From Tagaea sp. (GTDB taxonomy: Bacteria; Pseudomonadota; Alphaproteobacteria; CACIAM-22H2), in NCBI GenBank assembly GCA_965279525.1, contig CBDIIB010000005.1:1216001-1280000 (forward strand): a stretch of DNA of 64,000 bases, read 5' to 3'. Positions 62,834 to 64,000 of the stretch are shown piece by piece (the first letter of the stretch is position 1; each line of letters starts with the position of its first letter). The translations under genes and the position numbers were made by a program. A model generated the notes under the pieces. It was not told where the DNA came from, did not search any database, and worked only from the letters and a program-made list of their open reading frames with translations.

Positions 62834-63285
62834 TCGAGATCCATCCGGTCGACCGGGCCTATGCCGAACTCCTGTCCGCCCTGCATCGCGAGACGTTCGC
62901 CGATGGCTGGTCCGTCGACGCGATGGGCGAGGTGCTGCGCTCGCCCGGCGTATTCGCGCTTCTTGCCTTGGTCGACGGCGTGCCGGCGGGTTTTGCACTC
63001 GGCCGGCTCGCGGCCGACGAGGCGGAGCTGCTCACGATCGGCACGCTTGCCAATGCACGACGCCTTGGCATCGGGCGCGCACTCGTCGTGGCGGTCGCAG
63101 CGTGCGTGCCGCGTGCGCGGGCACTCTTTCTCGAAGTCGGCGAGGACAATCCGGCCGCGCGTGCGCTCTATGCCGGGCTCGGGTTCGCGCTGGTCGGGCG
63201 ACGTGCCGATTACTATCAGCGCGGGGCCGGTTCGCGGGTCGCGGCGCTGACAATGTCGGCAATACCTGCTAATATAGTTAAGTAA
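62830..63285 (+). CDS. rimI: RimI-like GNAT acetyltransferase
   Basis: EAELLTIG, RRLGIG, FLEV..DN..ARALY, GRR.DYY. Confidence 0.85.
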   Translation: MIEIHPVDRAYAELLSALHRETFADGWSVDAMGEVLRSPGVFALLALVDGVPAGFALGRLAADEAELLTIGTLANARRLGIGRALVVAVAACVPRARALFLEVGEDNPAARALYAGLGFALVGRRADYYQRGAGSRVAALTMSAIPANIVK

Positions 63286-63393
63286 AATTTTCTTACAGCT
63301 ACTGCCCTTATTCCCACTTGCCGAGTAATCGCGATCTTTCTATACACCCGGCGTTACCGCCGGATCCGGCGCTATTTCCCGAGGAACACGAAA

Positions 63394-63810
63394 ATGTCTG
63401 AATTCAAGTCCAATGATGTTCTTGCGTTGACCGCGAATATTGTCGCTGCCCATGTCTCGAAGAATTCGCTGCCGACGGATGAACTGCCGGGCCTGATCCG
63501 CCAAGTCTACCAGACGCTGTCGACCGTCGGGACCACGGCGGCGCCGGTCGAGCGGCCGCAACCGGCCGTGCCGATCAAGCGCTCGGTGACCAACGACTTC
63601 ATCGTCTGTCTGGAGGACGGCAAGAAACTGAAGATGCTCAAGCGACACCTGAAGGCCGCCTACAACATGTCGCCCGAGCAGTACCGCGAACGCTGGGGTC
63701 TGGCGCCGGACTATCCGATGGTGGCGCCGAACTACGCCAAGAAGCGCAGCCAGCTGGCGCGCGATCTGGGTCTGGGCACCAAGTCCAAGCGCCGTCGCGG
63801 CAGCGACTGA
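63394..63810 (+). CDS. mucR: Ros/MucR-family zinc-finger regulator
   Basis: PAVPIKRSV, CLEDGKKLKMLKRHL, YRERWGL..DYPMVAPNY. Confidence 0.95.
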   Translation: MSEFKSNDVLALTANIVAAHVSKNSLPTDELPGLIRQVYQTLSTVGTTAAPVERPQPAVPIKRSVTNDFIVCLEDGKKLKMLKRHLKAAYNMSPEQYRERWGLAPDYPMVAPNYAKKRSQLARDLGLGTKSKRRRGSD

Positions 63811-63980
63811 CGGTTTCGGGGTGCTGACGGAGTCGGGAAAACCGCACTGGTCCCGTCATCGCACCGCAATATAATGCGCGTACACCGTTCCGATCGGTCC
63901 GCGGGGTCGATTCGCATGTGGCGAGTCGGGTTCCGGGTACGGGGAGAGCGGTCGACATGCCGGAAGGATCAAGGAGCACG

Positions 63981-64000
63981 ATGTCGATGCCGCAGCGAAT
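63981..64000 (+). CDS. Start of next gene (possibly Fur-family; truncated by window)
   Basis: AAGGAG RBS then ATG TCG ATG CCG CAG CGA AT; identity inferred only from usual tsaB-rimI-(mucR)-fur order. Confidence 0.35.

Noticed and set aside
63811-63980. Possible sRNA or Fur box after mucR (CGCAATATAATGCG)
   Set aside because: More simply a TATAAT -10 element for the next gene; no convincing structure or terminator

Overview
High-GC alphaproteobacterial chromosome segment; gene order and protein sequences look Rhodospirillales-like. It spans the replication origin and the partition region. Gene content from left to right: hisB-DUF2628-hisH-hisA-hisF; hslVU; tim44-mltA...smr; secB; PDRP-maf-coaE-dnaQ; oriC (about 14.5-14.9 kb); hemE-hemH-hemJ-rho; a 3xPAS histidine kinase; two paralogous lipoproteins; mnmE-mnmG-rsmG-parA-parB; an accessory block; holA, leuS, a porin, yggS, lolA and a TorF-type porin; a 12-kb glycosyltransferase/phosphatase/deacetylase/ABC-transporter operon; tsaB-rimI-mucR. 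I saw no rRNA, tRNA, CRISPR array or transposase. The most interesting signals are: (1) ParB has Ala at the Gly201-equivalent specificity position, and both parS-like palindromes deviate at the base pair that residue reads; (2) two unrelated hypothetical genes share a full ftr-like enhancer/IHF/sigma54 promoter, which suggests uncharacterised FlbD-type flagellar regulon members; (3) an uncharacterised GT-phosphatase-deacetylase-ABC glycan system; (4) a TGT-N12-ACA-type palindrome upstream of three envelope genes; (5) a ~44-aa insertion in Rho; (6) the usual lptE slot is occupied by a TPR-methyltransferase. All calls were made by eye, without database searches.
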